DNA of 64,000 nucleotides from Cyanophora paradoxa CCMP329 (taxonomy: Eukaryota; Plantae; Glaucophyta), in the NCBI GenBank assembly GCA_004431415.1, contig QPMI01000533.1, positions 378,643 to 442,642 on the forward strand, given 5' to 3'. The translations under genes and the position numbers were made by a program. The notes under the pieces are model-generated. The model was given only the letters and a program-made list of their open reading frames with translations. It had not been told where the DNA came from and made no database searches. Shown here one piece after another: positions 33,601 to 44,753 of the stretch; within the stretch, counting starts at the first letter, position 1, and the number at the start of each line of letters is the position of its first letter.

Positions 33601-36600
33601 CTTGAGTTTGTCCACCAAGTCGACCACGCACTTCGTCGCCTCTCCGATGGCCTGCAATGCGTGTGAGGCGCTCATTTCATCATGAAAGTGCACGATGGTC
33701 TACATTGACGCTGCTGCGAAGAGAAGCGCACCGCGCGGTAGAGAGCGTCGATCAGAACCGCGTCTTCTACAAGGAGACGAAAAGTGTCGCTTTTGATTTC
33801 CTGCAGTCGCATGGAATGAGCAATTCATGATCAGGTGTACACAGACACGCCATGCACCGTTGCGCGATGCTTGGCTGCCAAGTTCTTCAAAGCTTCAATG
33901 ATCTGATTGAAGTTCGCTCACTTTAGACTCCGTGTTTGCATTGAAAATCACAAGAACGAACCAAGAGCATATCATCGAGCGCAAAAGTGCGGCGCACGAA
34001 GCGTGCCGGCGTCAACACGCAGTACGACCCGCGGTTGTCCAGTAACCGCTGCAGCTCAGCGTTTCGCTCGCTGATGCTCATGAGCTCTTCCTCCAGCTGC
34101 GCAGCAAACGTTGGTCGGAGGCAATATCTAGAACAGAGCTTAGAGCGCTGGCTTCGCACATCTAAATCATCGATGAGGCGGCTTGGCGGGTCCATTCCGT
34201 AGCTTCTGAAAGTGTGGAGAACGCGGTTGTGCAGTACAACGTGCGCATCGCGCAGATAGAAATATCCCACGAGCTTCAACAGAGCCCTGCCATGAAATTG
34301 AAGGCTCGGTAAGGAATCAGTTATGCAAATGAAACGCAGCTGCGACTCACAAGGGCGCAATTTTGAGGTAATCACCCTCCTTGAAGCTGAACGGCTCATT
34401 CTGGGGCTCCAATTTGCTGAATCCTTGAACACACAAAAGATCTAGACATCCGACAAAGCGTCCTTTCACCCAGCCTGCAATGCTGCCCAGCCAAGAGAGC
34501 TTGCCCTTATTGACAAAAAGTGTGCGGAACGTGTAGTCCGCGTCGCTCCACTCCACGTCAATGTACTTGTTCGTCATCTGTGCCAAGTTAAGCCCATCAA
34601 ACCATTTCGTTTCCCTACAAACAGCAGACAGGAATGCAGCGCGCCTCTACCACCGAGAATTTCGCCAATGTGTCCTCCTTAATGTACACGCGCGATTCGC
34701 GATCGCGATCGGGCTTTGTTTCGTTGTTGTTCTCGTCGGCCTTTGGATAATTATCTCGCCTTCCTATCAGGTTGAGATAAAGGCCGTTCTGAAAGAAGCA
34801 CGCAGCTTTAGTGAGTACACTTTCGCTTCAGATTGCGTAACCAATTCGGCGTACACGAATTACATCCATCATGAATCGTGCCGCCGGATCGTCCAGGTCA
34901 GTGATAATCTCAGCGGCAATGTTCTGCGAAACAAGGTCTGAGGGCATACATGCATATGCAGCCGTTGCTGCGCATGCGCATCGGATGACCTTGTTGCCCA
35001 GGGGCGTGTCACCGGACTTGTCGTTCAGCGCCAGAAGCTCCGTGCTGAATTTGTCCCATTTTATTTTCGAATTAGTATTGTTCGTGTTCTGAGTATAGTT
35101 AGGTGTATTCGGATTGCTCATGTCCTGAGTGTAGTCAGATATAAACCACAACATTCACCGCGCCTGGGAGTGCGCACCTTAAGCTTCTGTTGCTTTATGG
35201 CTTCTCTGTGCTTCTCATGCACCGCGTTGAGGGCCTTGCGGGCCAGAGTGTCACGGTCCTTCTGCTCGCAGTACGCCTCCGAAAGCCAGAGCTGCATTAC
35301 AAGGCGTGAGGTACACGTGCCAGTGGGTTCGACAACTGCAGTGGAAATGGGCTCATCGAACCCGGAAGCGACTCCTCTTGTCATCCCCCGGACCCGGCCG
35401 CGGCAGCAGCTTCGCGTCTCTATGCAGCTTCTTGATCTGGAGTCTGGCCTGGACGATTTTGGTGAAGGGGCTCAGGTGGTCCTCCGGGCTCAGGAGCTCC
35501 TCGAGCTCCTCCTGGAGCTTCACAGCCTCCGCCCTGAACGGCCGCGTGAGCGAGGGGGAAATCGGCCAGCTGCAGCCAGCGGGCAGCGCTAGCGCGAGCA
35601 CCCAGCCTCGTCGTAGTTCTTGGGAGGACCGGAAAAGCCGCACGTTAGCGCACGCGTAGAAATCACAATTGCCGTATATTGAAAGATGCACACCTTGCTC
35701 AAAATGGCGATGAAAATGTTCTGTACAAAGCAGAACCGTCAACCCGCGAGAAACATATATAATACCCAGGCCGCCGCAAATCAAACAGACCACGAGGACT
35801 AGGCCCATGACCACAATGAAGGAAAAGTAGAAGATCTGTGCAAGGCATGATCTTAAAATCGACAGAAAGCATTTTAAAGCTTACAACGCCGGCAACGGGG
35901 GAAACTTCGGCCATCTTTGACGCATCAAATCCTCCACTCAGATTGCTGCGATATATATCGATCCCGTTTGTTGATCATGAAGCGTATAAACAGGCGCATG
36001 TGTCTTACCCGAAGAGATTTGATATGCTGCTGTACAACGAGCGAAATTCTGGACCGGGAGTTAGAGAAATTGCTTGAGAATATTGAAGCGCGTGGGACCT
36101 AGCTAGCCGGACCGGAAAGACGGTGTCCCTGCGAGAATATTAACACAAAAGATACCGTTGAACAGACGGGGACGGGAGCTGTACGCACAAATATGACGCA
36201 GGCCATAGCCGCGTATCCGCAGAAGAGAATTGCTGCGTGCGGGGTAGGAAAGTAGGCGTCGGTTTCAGCGAGGCATGCGTTTATTTCAGCACATTCTGTT
36301 GTATTCTGTATATAGCCGCATATTAGCCTAGCTATGCTCAGCCTTGACCTGACGTATGCATGGTTTGATAGCTGCAGTCTTCGAGCTGCTTATAGTTGTA
36401 GTCGGCATTAGATTTGATCGCATCTCAAGTTTAGCCTAAGTTTGGTCTAGTCTAGGGTACGTGTGTCTGTCTTCGGGGAGTACAGGATTAGCCGCTGCTC
36501 GTCTCCTCCGGTCAAGTACCGTGCCTGGGCTCCGCCCGGGCGTGCGCTAGCGACCTCTAGAGATGGCTCGTCTGTTTCGCCTCCTAGCTCCGCCGCCGCC

Positions 36601-39600
36601 TCATTAGATCCGCCCGCTGCGCTCTGCCTGGTGCTCCCTAGCGCCCGGCCAGTGCACGCCCACTCGCTCTAGTATCTTAAGGGGGCCGGGCGTGTACAAC
36701 AATTCGTCACTAATTTGATAGCAGGGAGCAAACCGAATATGAAGACAAATGCTGCGAGGTCCGGCATAGCCTGCCGTATCGCCGTTAGATTATTTTACGA
36801 ACCAATTACGCAACCGATCGCGAGCTGCACAATTCGAACGTTGACAGTACCTTTGCGATGGTGTTGGTGAGGACGGCCAGACGCGGAGTGAGCTCGAGAT
36901 ACTTGTACGCCCGCAGGCAGCAGATGAGGATCGACACGCCAGCCAGCTGCAGGGCGCCGATGGTCAGCGGCGGGTTTAATTTCACAATCAACATCGTTGC
37001 GCACCTGCTGAATGCTACTCATTAGGTCCAAGCCCCGGTCGAAGTCATAGAATCGGGCAGATTTATTGGGCGATGTGAAACTCATTGTAGTTGTGTTGTG
37101 TGCTAATGCAAGAGATTTCGAATCATAGAATCGGGCAGGATTAATGCCTGCGGCGAGCCTCCCGAGCATTTTCGAACAGAATGAATCTGAAATTAAAAGA
37201 ACCGATTCAGCGTGAATAGGCATATAAATCAAGCCCCTGCATCAAAGAAGCGGACAGTACTGAAGGCCGTAAAAAAAGGCAGCGAGAAGAAGACCCAAAT
37301 TGAGGAGATCCAAGATGTTCCACCTGTCACCTGCAAGAGGTTCGAGGGTTGATATTCAATATATACTGAATTCATATGCATACTTGCACCTGTCAAATAT
37401 TCGACAAGGCCGCTATTCCACATTTCGAAAATCTCGAGGAGGATATAGACTGCACGCGAGACTCAAACCTTGACTTGGGGGGGGGGGGGGGGGGGGGGGG
37501 GTGACTTGGACACCACTGACCAATCACAAGTGTGTAGAACACGATAGCTGCGTGCGAGCTCGCATGAGACATGAGACAAAATGCATCTGGGAAGCGAAGG
37601 CACACCAAGAATGGCTGTGTGCCACTCAAAGGTATCGAGGTGCAACGTGTCCACTCTCACGCTCGGCATCGCCAGGCCCTAATACAAGAGACATCACGGC
37701 CCGAAGGGGAGCGATGCGGGCCAGCAGACGCACAGCGGTCGGAAACTCAATCATAAACGCCATTGTGATGAAAGTGCCTGCAGATGATCATGATCGAGAC
37801 CATATATATAAGGCGGCGCGCCGGAATGGTTGCAATATTAATGTAAACGGCACGCGCTGGTGTGTGGGTTCTGCCAGTTGGCCTCCACGGACACGACCCG
37901 TGTACCCACGTCCAGCCAGTTCCCGTTCTGCGGGCAATTGCAATGGGCGCGGCACGCGGGAGCGCTAGCGCTTCAGCAAGACAGACCTTTAGAGCCGCGA
38001 TGGTCGCAAGATTCTCTTCGATACGAGCAGCAGAGAGCATCACAACATAGCCTCCCTGTTGATTGCAAATGACACGACATCAGGAATGATTATAATTAGT
38101 ACTGCACGGGGGAAATTAAAGATGGCAAGTGAATGTCTCGATAGCAACGATCACGGCCGCGGTGCACAGCGATGCCGTTCCACTATAGCTCAAGAAGGGG
38201 ATTTGTAACAAGAGACGGGCCTTGCCGTAGGTGGACACGACGTCGCTCGTGATCCAGTCGCGAAGGTACCGCGCGGACGGGTCGAGGTCCGACATCCCCC
38301 CTCGCCAGGTCCAGCTGCGTGCAACCCAACGATATCGATCGCAAGCGCTCGCGTTCACGAAGCCGCAAACGTAACGCACGCGTCGCTCTCGAGGCCGAAC
38401 GGCAGGCGCTCCTCGCTTCCGGGGCCGAAGTCGTGGAAGCACCTGGTCGGCAAGTCAGCGCCATCGATATCGATAGAAATATCGCCGCGGCGGGGCCCGC
38501 GCACTGCGACTCGACAAGGTGGTCGTGGCCGGGGACCGCCGCCTGGCACGTGTACGCGGTGCTCCGTATCTGATCCCAGAGCAGTCATCAGGATGAGATC
38601 ACTCTAGACACAGCCTGGAGCAGCCCGGCGCGCACCTGCCGGATGCGAATGGCTCCGACCTGGCGCCGGAATTCGCGGAAGGGAGCGTGTTGGGCGTTCG
38701 CGGGATCGGTGATCGGCATCAGAACGTCGGATAGCCACTCGTACACATCCTCTGCCGGAGTTCAAGTGCGTTCGCGTTCGCGTCAGGGGTACCGGTCCCT
38801 CGGCAAAAACTTCAGGCATAGGGCAAGCTCACCGGCATCCTTGATGTTCTTGAAGGCCTGGGGTGCGTGATGTACGATCAGAGCCACATCAAGGTCACAG
38901 ATACAGTTGCACACGCGAACCTCCTCCATGTTCAGGTGCCCCTCGACAATAAGACTCTCGTTTTGCTCGTAGTTAATCTGCAGGGGTGCGAAAGAATGCG
39001 AAAGATGCCAGCATAAGCCCAGGAGTCGCGCAGCGAGGGATGCACATGGGGCGCAGCGCACCGCTGCAAGAGTGAATTGAAATAGAATACGTGGTCGGCG
39101 AGTGAGTGAAGTGGCGAGTAAAAGAAGCGCAGGGCCGGGGGCACAGCGAACCCACTGGAATGACTCGGATGGCAAGGAATGCAAAGAGCATCACGAACAG
39201 AATGTAGACGCCGAGCTCGCTGCGGCCAAAGCCCGCTGTTCAGATGCAGCGGGCCCAGCTGCACTCGGCCATGTTCATGCATATATATATGTCTGCATAC
39301 CGGTAAAGTTTATACTGCGCGAGACGCTTGCGCCAAACGCGGAGGTAGATCTCGGTAGAGCGAACATCAAGCTTCATGTCTTGGAAGAGGCTGTCGCAAG
39401 AGGTCAGTACATATATATAGGAGGCCTAGGCATGCCGTTCATTGGCAGCGACATGAGATGGTCGCACTCAGAGATAGCTTTAACGACGTTTCCGCCTCCA
39501 TTTGACTTCGTTTCGTGGTCCTTCGGACCCTCATGGGAGTCGGACGGATCCGGATCCCAGCCGACCGCGCCAGCAGCAGGCCTAGGAAGCGAATTCACGA

Positions 39601-40009
39601 GCTGAGAATGCGCATCCGAATGCACCGAGCTAGACGGCTGCCCGAAGCTCTCGAAGAAACTAGCACTCTCCACATTGATGTTGACGTCGGATCCAAATGG
39701 GCGCGAGAGCCCGGCCGGCCGCGCCCGGCCGCCCAAACCGACTCGCGATCGGTAGGCAGATGCGGAGCTCGGAGCGACGGAGCCAGCGACGTCGGAGGGA
39801 CGGTACAGAACCGCGCTCTGCATGGCCACCGGCAGAGGCTGCATACTGGAGCTGGAGAAGTAGCCTCCGGATCCGCTCTCGTCCCCGCCGAAGGTCGCAT
39901 ACGAATCCTCCAGAGATTGGGCTGAGCGTGCGTGCGGATACAGCGACACTCCGGCTTCGCTCCCGCTGGCGCGGTCGCGATCGTCGTGCAAACCGCCGCC
40001 GATGTACAT
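30696..40009 (-). CDS. Polycystin-2 (TRPP)-type cation channel with long cytoplasmic tail ending in two RyR domains (PKDRR-like)
   Basis: S1 ELGVYILFVMLFAFLAI; TOP domain CFHDFGPGSEERLPFG and MAFMIEFPTA; WNILDLLNLGLL; LRAYKYLELTPRLAVLTNTIAK; pore EFRSLYSSISNLFG/NLSGGFD; S6 IFYFSFIVVMGLVLV/NIFIAILSK. RyR domains MVHHDQWVRSRVKDGWK/YCEKGFDDERK (~32080-32270) and LLARNAHEVWARKKKREG/FMYGPDK...LL/VPYECL...ALLRLLIACGYEI (~30800-31370). Confidence 0.85.
36297..36701. mobile_element. Solo LTR (405 bp) inside an intron of the polycystin/RyR gene
   Basis: Termini TGTTGTA...TACAACA (7-bp inverted repeat, TG...CA); 4-bp TSD attc at 36293-36296 and 36702-36705. Confidence 0.85.
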
Positions 40010-40439
40010 GTTGCCGATGTACGAGCAACCAAGTTGTGAGGTGCCACGGTGGGCCGGGAGTCCGGGACAGCGTGCCAGCGCCCGCGGACCGCGGTTGTAC
40101 GCGTACGGTGCGGAGTCTCTACGCGCTACCGGTACCCTACTACGGCGTAGTACCGGTAGCGAGTCTAGCTATAGGGACTCGGCGACACTCGACCGTCGGA
40201 CCGTCGGACGCCCGGTGGCCCGGCGGACCGGCGGCGGTGGGCCGCGGCGGTGGCGCCGGTGGCCGCGCAGCGCCGCGCAGTGCGGCGCGCACTACCCTTA
40301 GTACCGTAGTACGTATACCGTAGACTCCGTAGTACCGTAGTACGTACTATATATATACTACGGTACTAGTACCGTAGTACTGTGAGGCTATTGTGTTAGA
40401 CGGGTCTTTTGTTACTAGTAGATGTTTGCCCACCCACGG

Positions 40440-41865
40440 GCGGTTTGTTAATTGGCAGTACTAGTTTTACTTAATTATGGGCGGTCAATGGCAGTTCAAC
40501 GGTTATTAACTGCCGTATCGATATATATCTTCCAAAGTTTGTTTTTGGTGAATTGCCGGCCACAGCCTCGAGCTCGAGCTAGTCTACTCCAGCACTGTGC
40601 ACGTGGGGGCATGTACGTACAACAGGACAAGGTACAACATGTACTGTGCACGTGGGGGCATGATCGATCGACATTATGGAACGGGCCGGATTCGATGGCG
40701 AGATTCTCATCGATATCGCAGGCCTAGGCCTGGCCTAGCTAGCTAGCTATAGGGCGCGCGCCCGGCGTCGAACTCGGGAGGCATGATCATGAAACAGCTG
40801 ATCATGAGCTGCAGAAAGCATGCATATGTATACGTATGATACTATGATAATTATAACCACACCGCTATCTTCCAAAGTTCGCGTACTACGGTATACTGAG
40901 TACTTCTTGAATTAACTGCGCATATGCATGCCGTATCGATATCTTCCAAAGTTCGCGTGTACTGAGTATATATATATATATCCGCATGCGCGCGCACATG
41001 CGCATGCGCGCGCAATTGCAAGCTTCGGTTTTTCGTCATCCTGTTAAGCCTCAAGTCCCTTATAATTATTGTCTAGGGGTGACACGGACTGAAGCCCAAC
41101 AGAGTTTTATCTGACCTGCAGTGACCACACGCCCGATCCCGTGCCGGCTCTTAGGCAAGTAGTGTTTCACGTAGACCGCAGGTATAGTCCGTATATTTGA
41201 TCCGACAGAGTTTCACCCTACGTAAGCAGACTCTCAGAATGTATGGCAGTCCTACTTTTTATACAGGGCCCTACACACAGCTAGCGTCCAAATGAAGCTT
41301 ATGAGCCTCCTTGGAGGCCTATCATAAGCCGCCGTACGAACTATATACGACATATATGAAGAATGACGTCGGCGACGTCGGAGGGGGAATTAGGGAGGGG
41401 GGAAGAAGGGGAACCGAGGCCCGCCGCTCCTGGGCCGTCGGTTTATCGCCCAGAGGGCCCGCCAGGGGAGGCTTAGCTATAGTGGGGTATAGCTATATGT
41501 ATATGCTGGGGCCGGCCGGCGCCCTCCCTCCGGATCAATGTCCAGCTCCAGAGTCGAACCCGCCTCTCGATCTCGCGGCGCAGTTTTTGCCCGCGACAAT
41601 CCGGATCCACCGGTACGTACAGTAACGTACTACGGTATACGTATATATACCATTGTCATGAGGTCTCCTAGGCCTTGCGTACCCCCCCGTTGCAGGGTAA
41701 TGTGAATTGGCAGTTTTACTTATAATTATGCCATGATGGGCGGTTAATAGCAGCTATTAACTGCCGTATCTTCCGAAGTTCCAAAGTTCGAATTCGCGTA
41801 TCCGCATTGATTCCGCAAGCTTCGGTTTAATTTTTCGTCATCTAGGCCTTGCGTACCCCCCCGCT
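40440..41865. repeat. Dispersed degenerate repeat (3-4 partial copies)
   Basis: Core attaactgccgtatcttccaaagtt...gcaagcttcggtttttcgtcatc at ~40505, ~40865, ~40910-41040 and ~41755-41842. Confidence 0.7.
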
Positions 41866-41963
41866 GTGATTGTCATCAAGATCCGGATTCCGGACTCCGG
41901 ACCTCCGGTCCCGGGTCCCCGGAGTCCGGAGTCCGGACTCCGGAGTCCGGAGTAATGCTGGCC

Positions 41964-42542
41964 CAGGGCACTGGCCGGCGGCCAAGCCGGCTAGCTAGCC
42001 GACCAATTTGGGCGGGGGGCTTGCCTTCCAAGTCATCAAGCCCCGGGCTGGCTATCGAGCCAGCGAACGAAGATTTGAAGAAGTTAGCGCGAGCTGCGGT
42101 GTGGTTATCATACACGCTGTCTGATTCATGCCTCCCGTGTTCGAATCGCCCTGCGATGAGAATCACGCCTTCGAATCCCGCCCGTTCCAGAATATCATAC
42201 GATCATGCCCTACCTTGCCTGTACACGCCCCCACAGTGCTGGAGTAGACTATAGCTAGAGGCTGTGGCCGGTAATTCACCAAAAAACAAAAACAAATAGC
42301 GCGAGCTGCACCATGCAAGCTTTAAGCCAGACCAAGCCGCGCTGGCCATAAATATTGGTACAATGGTACCACAGTAACTGGCAAGCCGCTGCCAAGCCAG
42401 CCGAGATTTTGGAGCCGCCTAGCCGCTAGGGCCAGCCCCGGGGCAAGGACTTGAGGTTTTGCAATTGGGCCAGCCCCGCCGGGCTGGTCACCGGGTGCAA
42501 GCTTCGAATTCTTGCCCCGCCGGCCAGTCACTGAGTGCCCTA
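41964..42542. mobile_element. Older hAT-type element related to the 20650-20977 family
   Basis: Left end cagggcactggccggcgg; right end ccgccggccagt[cactgagt]gcccta; no intact TSD. Confidence 0.7.
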
Positions 42543-42631
42543 CGCGGGTAACCGTTGAACGCGGCTAGTCCGACGGTCGCCGGCTAGGCCTCGGAGTCTC
42601 AGCCTGGCAGAGTCTAGATCTACTACTAGTA

Positions 42632-42846
42632 CTGTAGGAGTAGTTTTTTAGCGTGGTAAATAATTGCCGTAAATTGTCGAGAGGCCGAATTCGGCAATTT
42701 AGCAACATGGCAATCGCTTGGGGGGTAGGTGGTTGCTAAGCCCGCCATAGAGCAGAAATCTGGATTCGGCAATTTATTGCCACGGCAATTCCGGTTTCGG
42801 ACCAATTCGGCAATTTTACTACGCGGCAATTTTACTACGCCTACAG
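42632..42846. mobile_element. TA-flanked MITE (Tc1/mariner-like), copy 1
   Basis: TA-ctgtagg(a)gtag ... ctacgcctacag-TA; internal aattcggcaatt repeats; homologous to 43123-43354. Confidence 0.75.
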
Positions 42847-43122
42847 TAGACACTAGTAGTGTATACCTACTACGGTAGTTGTCTATAGACTCTAGATCGA
42901 TGTTGATCGCGAGACTCTGAGACTCGGGCTTAGAATTCACTAGTACTGTTAACGCAGCAACCCCCCCTTTCCCCCTCCCCCACCGCACGCGTACGTATAC
43001 GTGCACGTTGAATAGATCGACGTCGACGTCGACCGGCGAATTCGAAGACGAGTCGCGCGCCAGGGGTACGTGTACTACGTGAACGGGGCACATGCAGTTT
43101 TTTTGTTGAGTCCGCTCGATTA

Positions 43123-43354
43123 CTGTAGGAAATTACTAGGAATGCTTATTTAGCCGATGTTTTATATTGCCGTAAATTGCCGAGAGGCCGAATTCGGCAA
43201 TTTAGCATCACGGCAATTGCTTGGAGGGTAGGTATTTTTCTAGCCCGCCATAGATCAGACTCTGGATTCGGCAATTAATCGCCACGGCAATTCCAGTTTT
43301 GGTCGAATTCGGCAATTTAACTACGCGGCAATTTAAGCATTCCTACACTGACAG
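43123..43354. mobile_element. TA-flanked MITE, copy 2 (both TIRs interrupted by small insertions)
   Basis: TA-ctgtagg[aaattactagg]aatgctta ... taagcattcctaca[ctgaca]g-TA; body similar to copy 1. Confidence 0.7.
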
Positions 43355-44753
43355 TAATAGATCGATCAATGTCGAGCTTCAGACTCGGATGGAAAAAGCC
43401 CACAGGGCCGGCGCCGGGGCCCGGGGGGCACGCTCCCACTGCCTCTCAGCGTGCCGGGTTTTCAAAGTTTGTATCATAGTATGGGACTGAGAGAACTGAG
43501 GGACTGAGGGACAGTTTGTATATATGGTTTTCAAAGTTTGGTGACTCAGTCGGGTCATGATCAGTCAGACCCGGGACCCTCCTCTGACTTTTACTGCAGC
43601 TGACCGTCGACGTCGGACAGTGACTGAACCCAGCCCTAGTCCGGACTCCGGACTCGAGACTCCGGAATCCGGACTGACTCAGTGAGTCCGGACTCCGGAC
43701 TCCGGAGTACTAGTAGGGCTGTCGACGAGCCTGTCGTCAGTCATGATCAGTCCCGCGCGCGGCCGCGCGGCCCGCGCCGGCCGGCGCGGCGGGGCCGCCG
43801 GCGCCGGGCCGGCGGGCTGACCCACTGGGCCAGTCGGTCAGCTGCAGGCTGCAGCGGCCCCGGCGGCCGTCAGCCCCCCTGACTGTGACTGAGTCAGTCA
43901 ATCTAAGGTTCAGTCAGGCTACCGTACGTGCAAAAGCTGTGAAAAATGACCCGGAAATGACCCAAGTGCGATCTGTCTACTTCATTTAAGTAGCGAAGCA
44001 TGGCGCTGCATGGGGCAGGAGCAGTAAGGGGTGACGGGCGCCGGCGCCGTCCGCTGCGTCGCCTTCGAATTCCTGAGCTCCGTTTTCGCCTTCACACTGT
44101 GACAAACTTTGACATAAAGTTTTCCGAAGTAGAATCGAATTTTTTGATTAGTCCTCAAAGATAGGGGCCGGACGCGTGCGCCATCCGCTGCATCGACTCG
44201 GCGATGTCGCCCTTCCGAGTTTCGATTTCGCCGTTTCGATTTTACTTACGAATAGCAATGTTTGCGTAGCCGACTCAAAGTCGTGTTAGGATTGTAGTTT
44301 CCGCGATACTAGTAGTCGATGTTCAGATGCAGCCTGGCAGCGCCCGTCCATGGCCATTCCGAGTTCGTCTTCAGACATAATTAAATAAATGCATTGACTG
44401 TCGGGACGATTCGAAGTGAGTAGCGTGCAAGCATCGAGGCATTGAGAATCGCATCGGATCCGGAAACTTTGAAAGCATTCCAATTGCGCATGCAATTGGC
44501 AAAACTAAATGTAGTCGCCATACAGAAATCTGTACCAGCTCCCGCAGTTCAGAACCAAAGTAAAGCCCCACCCTATAGCTAGGCCTTCAGTGCATGCATA
44601 TGCAGTTTAACGGTTGCTCGATGTTCATGCCAGTCGACGTCAAGGCTTCCTTCCCCTTCGCTGAAGCTGAAGCTCTGAAGCTCTGCTACTGATCATGATC
44701 ATGATCATCTGAAATACACTGCTTCCTAGCCCAATCATCTGCAGCGCAGGGCC

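Noticed and set aside
37476-37501. Long G homopolymer / G-quadruplex element
   Set aside because: Ordinary intronic homopolymer of unreliable length; similar runs are common in the window.
41070-41598. Possible second solo LTR (tgtc...gaca)
   Set aside because: No target-site duplication and weak terminal repeat.
43900-44600. Possible TE remnant or small gene
   Set aside because: No TIR, TSD or recognisable coding motif.
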